From positions 1 to 58,901 of IMG/VR virus record IMGVR_UViG_3300025632_000005: 58,901 nucleotides of DNA; one strand, given 5' to 3'. This document shows positions 18,601 through 27,198 of the stretch, piece by piece; the stretch's first letter is position 1; every line of letters begins with the position of its first letter. The position numbers were made by a program, and so were the translations under genes. The notes under the pieces are model-generated. The model worked only from the letters and a program-made list of their open reading frames with translations. It ran no database searches and had not been told where the DNA came from. The stretch is from a virus (lineage: Duplodnaviria > Caudoviricetes).

Positions 18601-18859
18601 CTTCTAAATCTTCTTCTTCCATTAAGTCAGCTAGATTCGTGTAGAAGTCTTCACTGATTGAAGCTAGTACCTTACCACTGTCTTCATTTAAATCTATTTC
18701 TACCTCACCAGTATTAGGATCTACATTGACGGCGAGGTCTTCTTCCTGTTCTTCTTTTATATTTACATCTATACCTAAAGCTTGAGATTGGTTTTGAATC
18801 TTTTCTTTTGCTACTTCTATAGGGGTTGATATATCGTCTGGGTTTTTTTCTATTGCCAT
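15644..18859 (-). CDS. Portal protein with C-terminal lytic-transglycosylase-like extension
   Basis: Follows terminase; portal-type HPLI.E..V.FQ, FMNYQIT and GFGFYGLG segments; C-terminal ES.FNP.A.N..S.A.GLYQF SLT-like motif. Confidence 0.85.
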   Translation of the reverse strand: MAIEKNPDDISTPIEVAKEKIQNQSQALGIDVNIKEEQEEDLAVNVDPNTGEVEIDLNEDSGKVLASISEDFYTNLADLMEEEDLEDIAQTVMDNFTSDKDSREEWEQTFERGFDLLGLKLEETTEPFDGACTATHPLIIENAVKFQSKASQELFPSKGPIKTQMVGSPTPEKEKQAQRVKDFMNYQITEEMPEYFDEFEKMLFHLPLIGTAVKKVYYDETLGRPISEFIPIDQFHVSNLVSDLRRADRYSHIIYRSENDLRKDMDAGMYSEIDLGDPEQTDRGNITSKAEQIMGLSAYDENPYDPSYVLIEQHLYLDLPEPFNSPTGVAYPYIVTIDKSSKKVLSIRRNWNDGDPRFVKREHFVSYKFVPGFGFYGLGLIHFLGNLTMSATAAMRALIDAGQFSNLPGGFKARGVRVVGDNSPIMPGEFRDVESTGLDLGKSIVPLPYKEPSQTLYQMLGYVATAGQKFADTTDQVVSDATNYGPVGTTLALLEASGKFFSAIHKRLHRSQRDEFKILARINNEFLPTAYPYDIIGQSAEVFKQDFDGRIDVLPVSDPNIPSNSHRLAQAQLMLQLASQSPPGTFNMPEVNKAVLAAANVDSPERFMNAPQQAVQQDPLADIMSATRGQPIKAFPGQDHNAHIAVKTSYLQDPLNGANPIMKQVEPILMANVREHMVLRFQEQMGGLMKAQEGQVDQGASLTMIMAESAKQILTANQLAAQGGLDSIEQQNLDIQKQSMINRQERENKELALEEKKINIDAMVEAAKIEEGKKQKNETLTAKVVMDLLKLVDKQKFQEGGFVEQARGMQPSSVAQASAEEFKQAADLAIKQPMVEPKGFLEQAMEAQGILQKEEPIPQPEIPERGVTAPIIPVERKDIPDVEEVDPVDLSDLQKERTKIMQDDDKIIQSVLQKNLPRLGEELLTDPQVKARLEKFDKFHQEMESNFNPKAKNPKSTAAGLYQFTEDSVVTAVNRLANTIGEDNLPQWAVEAREHKDARKLSEKEQQILFYADMFQKKGSDNLLKKVLKEGDNEAMLEYYRKLHHTDVDQPTEKRIGKISKKYNLDSNQIA

Positions 18860-18865
18860 AATTAA

Positions 18866-20401
18866 TTAGACCTTCCAATAGGTTGCCTTATTTTTTTTAT
18901 AAGTATTGTCATTATCACTATAATACGGATCATGGGGATGTTGCAAGTGCCAAGAATCTTTCATATAATGTATCGCCATAACCATTGCATCTACTTGGTC
19001 GTCATGCGCTGCATTTGGAAAACTAATTGCTTCGTCAAATAATACTTGCGCCCACAATTTATTCGGTAACCAAACACGACCCGCTTCAATCAAAGGTGAT
19101 GCGGCATAAGCTCTTGCTACTTTATCACGATCTGGAGTATATTCAAGTATTGGTAAACCTGCTCTCCGTAAATCTTGTATTAGCGATTGCCCACTGGCTT
19201 TCTTTTCTATTATTATAATGTCTGGCTTGTGTTCATCAAATGCATCTTGTGCATTACTTCGTAACTCTGGATATTCAAAACGACCTCGAACACTTCCAAG
19301 TAATATTAAATTACCGACATCATGCTCAACACCTTCGCTATCTTTCTCTACAGTAACAAATATACCCCATGTCTGCATAACACTATAATCGGCAGTCGTC
19401 CGTGTAGAGAATGCTGTATCCATTGTTTGTATTACAAAGTCACACTGAGGTGGATCTTTGTCTTCCCATATTTGAAACCACGATTTTTTAAGTATACCAC
19501 CTTCGGCTGGTACAGGATTCTGCATATATAACGATTCCCAATATCGTGAACCGTTGTGTCTGCGAATTTCTGCCTCATCGTTTTCTAATATCTCTCTTGG
19601 TTTCCATTCTGGAAAATATGATTCACCAACTGGTAGATTTAATATTTTACTACTGTTGTCGTCAACCCATGCGGGTATACGAATAACTTCCCAGTTTAAA
19701 GATTTATTATCATCGTCACTTTGATTTGATAATAACCATCCACAGATATCATCTTCATGGTATCGAGTGTTAATAATAACTATAGAACCATTCGGCATAA
19801 GTCTTGTCCGTAAACCTGCTGGATACCATTCTTTAATATATCTTCTGCCTGCTTCACTGAAGGCATCTTCCTCTGACATTACGTCATCAAGTAAAGCAAC
19901 ATGCGCACCACGACCAGCTATCTGTGTTCGTACACCAGCTGCTACATATACACCGTTCTTGTTTGTTTGCCACTTACCCGCAGCCCTAACATCGGATCTA
20001 AGTTTTACATCTTCAAAGATTGATTGATAATCTTGGTCGTTAACTACATCTCTAACACTTCTACCAAAGTCAGATGCGAGTTGGTCACTGTGTGATACCG
20101 ATAGTATCTCGTGATTAGGGTGGCGCCCAAGATACCACGCAGGAAATAGTTTAGAACATATTAATGATTTAGAACTACGTGGTGGTAGAAATACCATTAA
20201 CCTTTTAATATCACCTTGTTCAACTTGTTGTAGCTTTTTACTAATGACATCTATGTGTCTACCCATTTTAAAGTCAGCTACAAGTTTAGGTGCAAAGGCT
20301 TCTATGAAACCAGAGAAGTTATCACGAACATTTTGAAATGCAAGGTGTCTAAGCTTGGCAATATCCTCGTCGCTTATAGATTCATTACTTTTTAGGTTCA
20401 T
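18866..20401 (-). CDS. terL: Terminase large subunit
   Basis: PPRSSKS Walker A variant, LLDD Walker B, TRYHEDD, DTAF and HDDQVDA nuclease motifs. Confidence 0.92.
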   Translation of the reverse strand: MNLKSNESISDEDIAKLRHLAFQNVRDNFSGFIEAFAPKLVADFKMGRHIDVISKKLQQVEQGDIKRLMVFLPPRSSKSLICSKLFPAWYLGRHPNHEILSVSHSDQLASDFGRSVRDVVNDQDYQSIFEDVKLRSDVRAAGKWQTNKNGVYVAAGVRTQIAGRGAHVALLDDVMSEEDAFSEAGRRYIKEWYPAGLRTRLMPNGSIVIINTRYHEDDICGWLLSNQSDDDNKSLNWEVIRIPAWVDDNSSKILNLPVGESYFPEWKPREILENDEAEIRRHNGSRYWESLYMQNPVPAEGGILKKSWFQIWEDKDPPQCDFVIQTMDTAFSTRTTADYSVMQTWGIFVTVEKDSEGVEHDVGNLILLGSVRGRFEYPELRSNAQDAFDEHKPDIIIIEKKASGQSLIQDLRRAGLPILEYTPDRDKVARAYAASPLIEAGRVWLPNKLWAQVLFDEAISFPNAAHDDQVDAMVMAIHYMKDSWHLQHPHDPYYSDNDNTYKKNKATYWKV

Positions 20402-21068
20402 CGTTTGACGATACGACTTTTAGACCTGCAATCTTTACAAGTCTTTCTACGTCTTTCTTCTTATTACCACTTTCAAAGCCAGTTGTTTTTACAGTCTGTT
20501 CTACTTTGTCTACAAACATACCCAGATGTTTGGCAATATGTTCCATTGACTTGTTCGCATTTGTAAAATCACTGTCTTGCATGGCTTCACTGTAAACTTT
20601 AGCTAGTCTTTCTAGAACTTTTTCTTTTGTCCATGTAATTTTAGTTACGGCTTCGTCTTGATATTCTTTGATTCGCTCCATAACCTTGTCATTCTTCATA
20701 ATTACTCTAGCTTTGGCTCTAGTTCGTGCATCATTCTTGTCTGGTTGGTAACCTGCAGCTAAATATGCTTTGACTTCGTCGCCGTGGCCTGCAAATTCCA
20801 TGCAGAATTTCTCTTGCATAGCTGTGAGTCCACGGAATGTAGGAACTTTTACGTTATTGTCTTCTGGTTTTTCTAACATTCTCTTTTTATACTCCTCTGG
20901 GTTCTTTTTTTCTAGCCTTCTTAGTCTACGTCTTTCTAATTCGGCTTGTATTTCTTTTAATTCTGTACCGCCTCCATATATTCTCGCTTCTTTCTTAACT
21001 TTATGCAAGTTAATCAGCTCTTCTTCCGTCATGTTTCCGTAAAGTATGTGTACTTTTTTCTTTGTCAT
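20385..21068 (-). CDS. terS: Terminase small subunit
   Basis: LTAMQEKFCMEF...AYLAAGY...KEKVLERL...IAKHLGMF; directly upstream of terL; likely start MTKKK. Confidence 0.75.
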   Translation of the reverse strand: MTKKKVHILYGNMTEEELINLHKVKKEARIYGGGTELKEIQAELERRRLRRLEKKNPEEYKKRMLEKPEDNNVKVPTFRGLTAMQEKFCMEFAGHGDEVKAYLAAGYQPDKNDARTRAKARVIMKNDKVMERIKEYQDEAVTKITWTKEKVLERLAKVYSEAMQDSDFTNANKSMEHIAKHLGMFVDKVEQTVKTTGFESGNKKKDVERLVKIAGLKVVSSNDEPKK

Positions 21069-21213
21069 AGTTCTAAAGCTTTGAAGGGAGGACAATAACC
21101 CACAACCATCTCTCCCTTCTCTTCAAATACCAGGATTCCAAAGCTGTAGGAGACAAATGTAGCTTTAAACCTAGAATACTAGGACGTTTCTAGGTGGATC
21201 TGCTGGTATAATC

Positions 21214-21242
21214 AATATAAACAAGTAATTGACAGGATGCAA
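21214..21242 (-). promoter_or_regulatory. Sigma70-like promoter for terS/late arm
   Basis: TTGCAT-17 bp-TATATT on the minus strand. Confidence 0.5.
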
Positions 21243-21257
21243 GTATTTGTTTATTAT
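21229..21257 (+). promoter_or_regulatory. Sigma70-like promoter for the 21286-22675 operon
   Basis: TTGACA-17 bp-TATTAT, then AGGAG RBS. Confidence 0.65.
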
Positions 21258-21285
21258 CAAGTTTTATTTAATTAGGAGATTTTAA

Positions 21286-21474
21286 ATGAATAAACCACAG
21301 ATACTAACCGTATGGTTTAGTAATGAACATATCAACTCTAACTTTATAGATAAAGACAAACCAATGTCTAAGGAAGAGTACAGTAAGTTTATTGAATGGG
21401 CCGAACAAAACGATTACTACGATAAGATTTCAAAAGTAACCCAACATTTTGTAAATAAGTTTAGAGAACAATGA
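21286..21474 (+). CDS. Hypothetical protein
   Basis: AGGAG RBS; ATGA overlap with next gene. Confidence 0.6.
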   Translation: MNKPQILTVWFSNEHINSNFIDKDKPMSKEEYSKFIEWAEQNDYYDKISKVTQHFVNKFREQ

Positions 21475-22070
21475 GACCAGAAGAGTTTATATATCAACCC
21501 ATGATACTTTTAGACCATCGAATGATGGAATATAACTTCTGCATGCAAAACATACAACACCCTAACGGACACTACACAGAGTTTGGAGTATATGAAGGTA
21601 AGTCAATAAACTATTTAGCGAACCTTAATAAGAAAGTTACATTTCATGGGTTCGATAGTTTCAAAGGGTTACCTGAGAAATGGTTCATGGGACATAAAGT
21701 TGTAGAAGAAGGACACTTTGCCATAGATGGTTTACCAAAAGTTGTACCGAATGTTGTACTGCATGAAGGTTTGTTCGATGATACGATACCTATCTGGAAG
21801 AAAGACCATAAGAAACATTTATCGTTTATTAATATTGATTGCGATTTGTATAAATCTACTCAGACTGTATTAGAATTATTGAATGACCAGATTGTTAGTG
21901 GGACATTATTACGGTTCGACGACCTACTACCATCACCTATATCTCCATATCCTAATTGGGAACAAGGAGAATGGAAGGCACTTGTCGAATGGTGTCAGAA
22001 ATATAATAGAAAAGTAACCCCACTTGCTCGTTCTTGGAAGCAAGGATGTATTATGAAAGTAGATGAATAA
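21471..22070 (+). CDS. TylF/MycF-like class I SAM O-methyltransferase
   Basis: EFGVYEGKS, GFDSF.GLPE, G.F.DT, NIDCDLY.S and FDD motifs. Confidence 0.8.
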   Translation: MRPEEFIYQPMILLDHRMMEYNFCMQNIQHPNGHYTEFGVYEGKSINYLANLNKKVTFHGFDSFKGLPEKWFMGHKVVEEGHFAIDGLPKVVPNVVLHEGLFDDTIPIWKKDHKKHLSFINIDCDLYKSTQTVLELLNDQIVSGTLLRFDDLLPSPISPYPNWEQGEWKALVEWCQKYNRKVTPLARSWKQGCIMKVDE

Positions 22071-22675
22071 TGGTTGAACGAATTATGGACCCTACCAATA
22101 TTAGGGCAGACCACTTAGAAAGATATAACTTTGCCGTAAAGAAACTAAAAGAACTTAAACCAGAGAATATTTTGGATGTCGGTTGTGGTATCGGCTACGG
22201 TTCTGTGATTATGCATAACTTACTTTGCGCATCTATTGATTGTATCGATAAATCTATAGAGGCTTACGAAGTATTCGAAGAAGCATTCAGTCGTGACGTC
22301 GGTAAGGTGAACTACATTGTCACCGACATTACCAAACTAGAACCACATACGTTAGGACCCGCCTATGATGCTGTCGTATCGTTTGAGTTTATAGAACACA
22401 TACCACCAGAACTAGCGCAAGATGTATTCGACTTGGCCGCAGAGAAGTCAAACATATTCATCGCATCATCGCCGAATGAATGTGTACGTCCCCATAAACA
22501 ACCACCAGTGAATGAGTTTCACTATAAGCATTACACCCCAGTTGAGTTTGAGGCTATGGGTAAGAAAGCTGGATTCACAAACGTGGAGTTCCACTGCCAG
22601 ACCAACGGTAGTCACTACATGGTTAGACCCGGCCTAGAGCAAGGGAAGTTTATGATCGGAGTTTTTACAAAGTAG
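22070..22675 (+). CDS. Class I SAM-dependent methyltransferase
   Basis: HLERYNFA, ILDVGCGIGYG, VSFEFIEH and SPN motifs, typical of glycan-locus methyltransferases. Confidence 0.85.
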   Translation: MVERIMDPTNIRADHLERYNFAVKKLKELKPENILDVGCGIGYGSVIMHNLLCASIDCIDKSIEAYEVFEEAFSRDVGKVNYIVTDITKLEPHTLGPAYDAVVSFEFIEHIPPELAQDVFDLAAEKSNIFIASSPNECVRPHKQPPVNEFHYKHYTPVEFEAMGKKAGFTNVEFHCQTNGSHYMVRPGLEQGKFMIGVFTK

Positions 22676-22986
22676 TATGGGTACCCTAGATTTAAAACAA
22701 GGGGGCCATATTTGAAAATCTGCTCATTTTGTCTATGGTAGATACAATAGATAGAAGAGCTGCAACGGCTAATTTTTCTTGACCCCCAACGCAAAAAGAG
22801 TCCCCCCTATCTCTAGGAACAACTCTTTTTACTTTGTCAATGGCCTTGTAGTTAAGTGTTTATTTGTTTAACCTCACTTTCATATCACGTTGGGCCTTAA
22901 CGATCTCTTCAGTGGTGATCTCAGATCCAACAAATTTATTTTTATTACTAAACAAAAAAACATATTTGCGAATTGCGTTTTTAGTT

Positions 22987-23472
22987 TTACTTTCCACTAG
23001 TGCCGTTCGCTTTCTGTTTTTTAAATTCTAGGTACTCGTTCCATTCTTGATCTGAAGCACTTCTAGATTTACTTTCCATTACTACAGTTTTAGAAATACG
23101 TTCATCAACCTCCTTAAAATTTTTGGCTTGAGTCAATGCCTCAAACAAATTCCAAGTTATCATAAAGGCTTTAGATTGAACCTTATATTCTTTAGCCCAT
23201 ATGTCATTGATAGTTATTGCAAACATATCTTTTTGAGATTTGGATTTAATTTTACCTTTTCCGTAACCCACTGGAAAATAAACCAAATCACCGTTTAATA
23301 GTGTAACGCCTTTTTTAGTTTGGATTGTCCACTTAGGATCACCGTTATAATCTAGCATAGGCGTTCCGTCTTTTTTCATTTTAGGAACGATCTCTTTTAC
23401 TTCATCAAAATCATAAATTTTGACTCCGTCTTTTTTGATTCGTTCCAAATCTAAATTTAAATCTTTTTTCAT
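22987..23472 (-). CDS. Hypothetical protein, lone gene divergent from the early arm
   Basis: AAGGAG RBS; 161 aa. Confidence 0.65.
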   Translation of the reverse strand: MKKDLNLDLERIKKDGVKIYDFDEVKEIVPKMKKDGTPMLDYNGDPKWTIQTKKGVTLLNGDLVYFPVGYGKGKIKSKSQKDMFAITINDIWAKEYKVQSKAFMITWNLFEALTQAKNFKEVDERISKTVVMESKSRSASDQEWNEYLEFKKQKANGTSGK

Positions 23473-24068
23473 TTTTTATCTCCTTTGTTAAAGATTTATA
23501 TTTATGAAAGACTGTCAATTTTTTGACATTCAAAATAGTCAGTCCTTCAATTGTAGACTAATTCAAATCTCGAAAAATGTCAAGTTTTGAATTATCGACC
23601 ACTTGAAACCCACGGAATCCGTGCATTCCTAGGGTGTTCTATTTTTGTTCTTTTGATTCTGAATCGTGCAACTTATTAATTTAATACTTATTATTCTCTT
23701 TTTCCCCTTTTATGATTTAGGTACATAGCTATCATACGCAGAAGAGTAGTAACAATTTAGAATGATTCTAAGTTAGGACACATACCCACCGAGAACACCC
23801 CTAATACATATGTCAAGTTGTATTTATGCAACAAATACATAGCTAATTTGCTAACAAAAAACCATAAAGACCAGGGACTTATGTGATTTACTTGGCGAGA
23901 AAAAAGTTGCAATCGGTCGAATTTTCGAGTATCGTTGAAAAATCTGGGAAATTTCGCAAAATTCTGCATATGTTTCTTAGATATGATAATAACTTATACA
24001 CTATTCTAGGGCATCTAGATTTTCTTCCCAATTCAGTTCTAGGATAGTGTACTAACAAAGGAGACGAC

Positions 24069-24341
24069 ATGACTAATTTAATTATGGTTCGTAAAGACTT
24101 TGAAGCATTAGCATCTAATTGGATTGACGATGAAGAGAGATATTACTCAGAAAGTTGTCACGATATTATGGCTGATGTTAGTTACAAGAACTGTGAGTAT
24201 CATAAGAAACTTGCCAAAGGAGAGATAAAGCCTTTTGAAATTCCCACAAGTAAGCTAGCCGATGGATACGATTATACTCATCTTAGACATCTAGAGGATT
24301 ACTTTAGCCAAGAACAATTCTATAACAAAGGAGATAACTAA
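24069..24341 (+). CDS. Early hypothetical protein
   Basis: AAGGAG RBS. Confidence 0.65.
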   Translation: MTNLIMVRKDFEALASNWIDDEERYYSESCHDIMADVSYKNCEYHKKLAKGEIKPFEIPTSKLADGYDYTHLRHLEDYFSQEQFYNKGDN

Positions 24342-24517
24342 TGGATATTCAAAGAGAAAGACTAATAACTAAAGTACTAGAGCAACCACTTGAAGAGTTG
24401 CTTAGACAGTTAGATACTAATGAAGTTCAAGTATTATTCATATACATCAACAAGGTGGTAGACAAGAAAATGAAAAGCCGATTTGATAGAGATATGGCTA
24501 AACTTAAACAAATATAG
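24341..24517 (+). CDS. Early hypothetical protein not in the ORF track (58 aa)
   Basis: GGAG RBS, TAATG coupling; MDIQRERLIT...KLKQI. Confidence 0.55.
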   Translation: MDIQRERLITKVLEQPLEELLRQLDTNEVQVLFIYINKVVDKKMKSRFDRDMAKLKQI

Positions 24518-24527
24518 GGAGATACTG

Positions 24528-25265
24528 ATGGCGTTAACAACAACAACTAAATCACAAAACAAAAAGATATCAGACTTAAAGAAAAAGATTTGGACTTCTG
24601 CTACATATCGTAGTGGAAGTTCTAATGTCTTTGGGACTTGTCCCTCAAGTTGTAAGCTCAATCCATACCCTAATGAATCTACAACGGAGTTTGATTGGGA
24701 CTATGCAAACACACTAGTCAACTATGGTTGTCCAAAGAATGGTAGTGCTTTTACCTATACACACTTTGAAGACAAATATGTTGAAGAGTTTGCTAAGACC
24801 TGGACTAAGGGTAAAACAGTTATCAATGTGTCTAGAGATACCCTTGACGATGCTATTGAGTCATATCGAAAAGGGATACCCACAACAGTGACTACATCGA
24901 TAGGCTTCATTGATAAAGTCGGCAGTTACAAAGGTGTAACCTTGTCTAGATGTCCAGCTGAATATCAAGACGAGAGAAACTGTTCTAACTGCAAGCTATG
25001 TGCTAACCCAAACAGAACATCGATTGTGGTGTTTACTGCACATGGTTCAACTAAGAACAAGGTTGGTAAGACCGAGCAAGGTGGATGCTATGGTACTGTT
25101 GGTCCAGTAGCTTGGGCTTGGAAAAAGACTATGAGTAAAGCTAATCTTGATGAAAAACAACAACTAATAAACTGGATTGAAAACGATGTACCTACTGATG
25201 GCTTGGTAAGACATCATGTCGTTGGAGATTTGGGAAAGGAGATAACTAATGGAACTATTAAATGA
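24528..25265 (+). CDS. Cys-rich early phage protein (possible metal or Fe-S binding)
   Basis: Start revised to MALTTT (GGGAG RBS); TCPSSC, FTYTH, CPAE, CSNCKLC, AHG, GCYG and RHHVVGD motifs. Confidence 0.7.
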   Translation: MALTTTTKSQNKKISDLKKKIWTSATYRSGSSNVFGTCPSSCKLNPYPNESTTEFDWDYANTLVNYGCPKNGSAFTYTHFEDKYVEEFAKTWTKGKTVINVSRDTLDDAIESYRKGIPTTVTTSIGFIDKVGSYKGVTLSRCPAEYQDERNCSNCKLCANPNRTSIVVFTAHGSTKNKVGKTEQGGCYGTVGPVAWAWKKTMSKANLDEKQQLINWIENDVPTDGLVRHHVVGDLGKEITNGTIK

Positions 25266-25551
25266 AACTTTTAACGAGGTCTATGTAGACTGTGATAACG
25301 ATAACGATAGCTACACTAGAGAATATATCCAACTTGATATGTTTAAGGACTACACAATGGCAATCGTTTTACCTAGAGATGAAGACGATGACTACTGGTT
25401 TAGTGACTACTGTGCTACTGTTTTTATAGGAACTAATCGTTATAGTGTAGAGGACAAGTTTACGGATGTTCTACAAAATCACCCAACCAATGTTGGTAGG
25501 TTTCTATTAATCGATCAACCTTTACATAAACTATATAACAAGGAGTGGTAA
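25249..25551 (+). CDS. Hypothetical acidic protein
   Basis: AGGAG RBS. Confidence 0.6.
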   Translation: MELLNETFNEVYVDCDNDNDSYTREYIQLDMFKDYTMAIVLPRDEDDDYWFSDYCATVFIGTNRYSVEDKFTDVLQNHPTNVGRFLLIDQPLHKLYNKEW

Positions 25552-25766
25552 TGACATATGAAGAATATAAAATACAAAAACTTTCATTTGTATTGAAACA
25601 GTTTTGCACATTGAATGGGTTACCATTTATGTGTGCAGAGGACTTACTCTATGACCATTCAGTAAGTAAAACACCTTATCAAATAGGGTGGTTAAAATTT
25701 TACTGTCAGTTATGGAGTGAGTGTATTATTAACCCACAAATAAAGGAGAAACATCATGGGTTTTAA
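25551..25766 (+). CDS. Hypothetical protein
   Basis: AAGGAG RBS; TAATG coupling. Confidence 0.55.
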   Translation: MTYEEYKIQKLSFVLKQFCTLNGLPFMCAEDLLYDHSVSKTPYQIGWLKFYCQLWSECIINPQIKEKHHGF

Positions 25767-25839
25767 ACGAGAAGAACTAAGAGAAATAAGACGAGAACTT
25801 GAGAGTGCTAAACAAATGTTCAAAAAGGAGGTAGCATAA
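25756..25839 (+). CDS. Small peptide not in the ORF track (27 aa)
   Basis: AAGGAG RBS; MGFKREELREIRRELESAKQMFKKEVA. Confidence 0.45.
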   Translation: MGFKREELREIRRELESAKQMFKKEVA

Positions 25840-26060
25840 TGGAACTAGAAACATTGGGCGATAAGGTATCAGATATATTTGATGCTATTGGTCGAATTGA
25901 AACTAAGCTTGAAGAGTTGGAAGACAAGATGGATGATGTCGAGTCTCAACTAACGGCTAACTTTGAAGGGATGTTAGATAATATTCGCAGTTGTATCGGA
26001 GACGATATTCAATCTGCCGTATCTGATATCAACTCGAACATCGACCGACTGAAAGACTGA
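25839..26060 (+). CDS. Acidic coiled-coil protein
   Basis: AGGAGGT RBS; heptad pattern. Confidence 0.65.
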   Translation: MELETLGDKVSDIFDAIGRIETKLEELEDKMDDVESQLTANFEGMLDNIRSCIGDDIQSAVSDINSNIDRLKD

Positions 26061-26088
26061 TTGACTTTCGCTAGATTAATTATATTAT
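26061..26088 (+). promoter_or_regulatory. Sigma70-like promoter
   Basis: TTGACT-16 bp-TATTAT ahead of a hairpin-rich leader. Confidence 0.45.
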
Positions 26089-26205
26089 AGTTAGTCTAGT
26101 GGGGTAGTGATTTTTAATTTCCTTTGTTACACTATCCCACTAGCCTAACTATTAAGTTGGCATAGTTAGGTGACTTAACCCAAGCCAACACAAGGAGACG
26201 ACAAT

Positions 26206-26418
26206 ATGTCACAAGCACAAAAAGATATGTTCAGAGAACAAGAACTGAACGAGATAGGTTTAGCTATCTCTAAAGCTGATGGTGATTGTCTAAGTGAGAT
26301 CATGAGTAATGTTCTCAAAGACAGAAGACTATCCCTTGTTACTGAGGAAGAAGTCGAAGAGATGGTTAGAGAATATCTAAACGACCAAGCCATGCAATAT
26401 GGATATTGGGGGTCATGA
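26206..26418 (+). CDS. Hypothetical protein
   Basis: AAGGAG RBS. Confidence 0.6.
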   Translation: MSQAQKDMFREQELNEIGLAISKADGDCLSEIMSNVLKDRRLSLVTEEEVEEMVREYLNDQAMQYGYWGS

Positions 26419-26419
26419 G

Positions 26420-26503
26420 ATGATAGAACTATTTAAAACTGGAGTCATAGTAATATCAACAATATTAACTTTATACTGGATACTAGTATTTTTAGTATTC
26501 TAA
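26420..26503 (+). CDS. Small membrane peptide not in the ORF track (27 aa)
   Basis: MIELFKTGVIVISTILTLYWILVFLVF fills the intergenic gap. Confidence 0.45.
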   Translation: MIELFKTGVIVISTILTLYWILVFLVF

Positions 26504-26512
26504 GGAGACACT

Positions 26513-26869
26513 ATGCCAATTAGAAAATGGGATAAACTACACGTTGTAACTCACAATGATATGCATATCATATCGGTGGGTTCTAGTTTCTTAGGTAAAC
26601 TAACAGAACCATACGAGAACTTACTTCGTATGTTAGGTAGACCAAGAGATGACAATACTAAATGGGTCAGTTGGAGTTTACAATTCAACTCTGATCCAAG
26701 GTCTGTAATTGTAATCACATCATTAGACAAAGCCAAGACTGACGACTGTACGTTAGAGAGTCTATGCTCTGTATGGGATATGAAGAATTGGTCAGTCAAT
26801 GGTCACGATAAAACTTACTACGACAAGTTCATTACTAAGCTTAATCAATTTAAAAAGGAGGCAGTATGA
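26513..26869 (+). CDS. Hypothetical protein
   Basis: TAAGGAG RBS. Confidence 0.65.
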   Translation: MPIRKWDKLHVVTHNDMHIISVGSSFLGKLTEPYENLLRMLGRPRDDNTKWVSWSLQFNSDPRSVIVITSLDKAKTDDCTLESLCSVWDMKNWSVNGHDKTYYDKFITKLNQFKKEAV

Positions 26870-27198
26870 CAAAAGCTACAAGCTTTACACTCGAACAACT
26901 AAACCAAAAGCAACAAGAGGTACACAATCTTCAGATGCGATTGAAGAGGTGCATTAAAGAGCGAGATGCTCTTAAAGAAAAAGCACCTACTAGAATGTAT
27001 CGTTATGTTGTAACTGAGACTGTGATAAGTGAACGATGGTTCGAGGCTCACTCTGATGCAGATGCTCAACAAGAGTTACAACGAATGAGAGATGGCGCTA
27101 TCGATTGGGACTTAGAACAACACGATTCTGAGGTAGTAGATGAAACATTATACTACTGTCCAGATAGTGGTGAGGGTCACGAGGAGGTGGAGATATGA
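26866..27198 (+). CDS. Hypothetical protein
   Basis: AGGAGG RBS; ATGA overlaps. Confidence 0.65.
   Translation: MTKATSFTLEQLNQKQQEVHNLQMRLKRCIKERDALKEKAPTRMYRYVVTETVISERWFEAHSDADAQQELQRMRDGAIDWDLEQHDSEVVDETLYYCPDSGEGHEEVEI

Noticed and set aside
1211-20027. Many plus-strand ORFs opposite structural genes (e.g. 1211, 2940, 3550, 6099, 6780, 10284, 19767), and likewise 48852-49547 and minus-strand ORFs such as 27374-27859 and 37391-37936
   Set aside because: Antisense shadows of well-supported genes, with no RBS or recognisable motifs
22676-24068. tRNA genes or an attP/integration module in the long intergenic regions
   Set aside because: No cloverleaf with a T-loop GTTCRA pattern was recognised by eye and no integrase is present; tRNAscan-SE would be needed to exclude tRNAs fully
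23757-24070. Short minus-strand ORFs 23757-23969 and 23888-24070
   Set aside because: No RBS and atypical composition; the region looks regulatory
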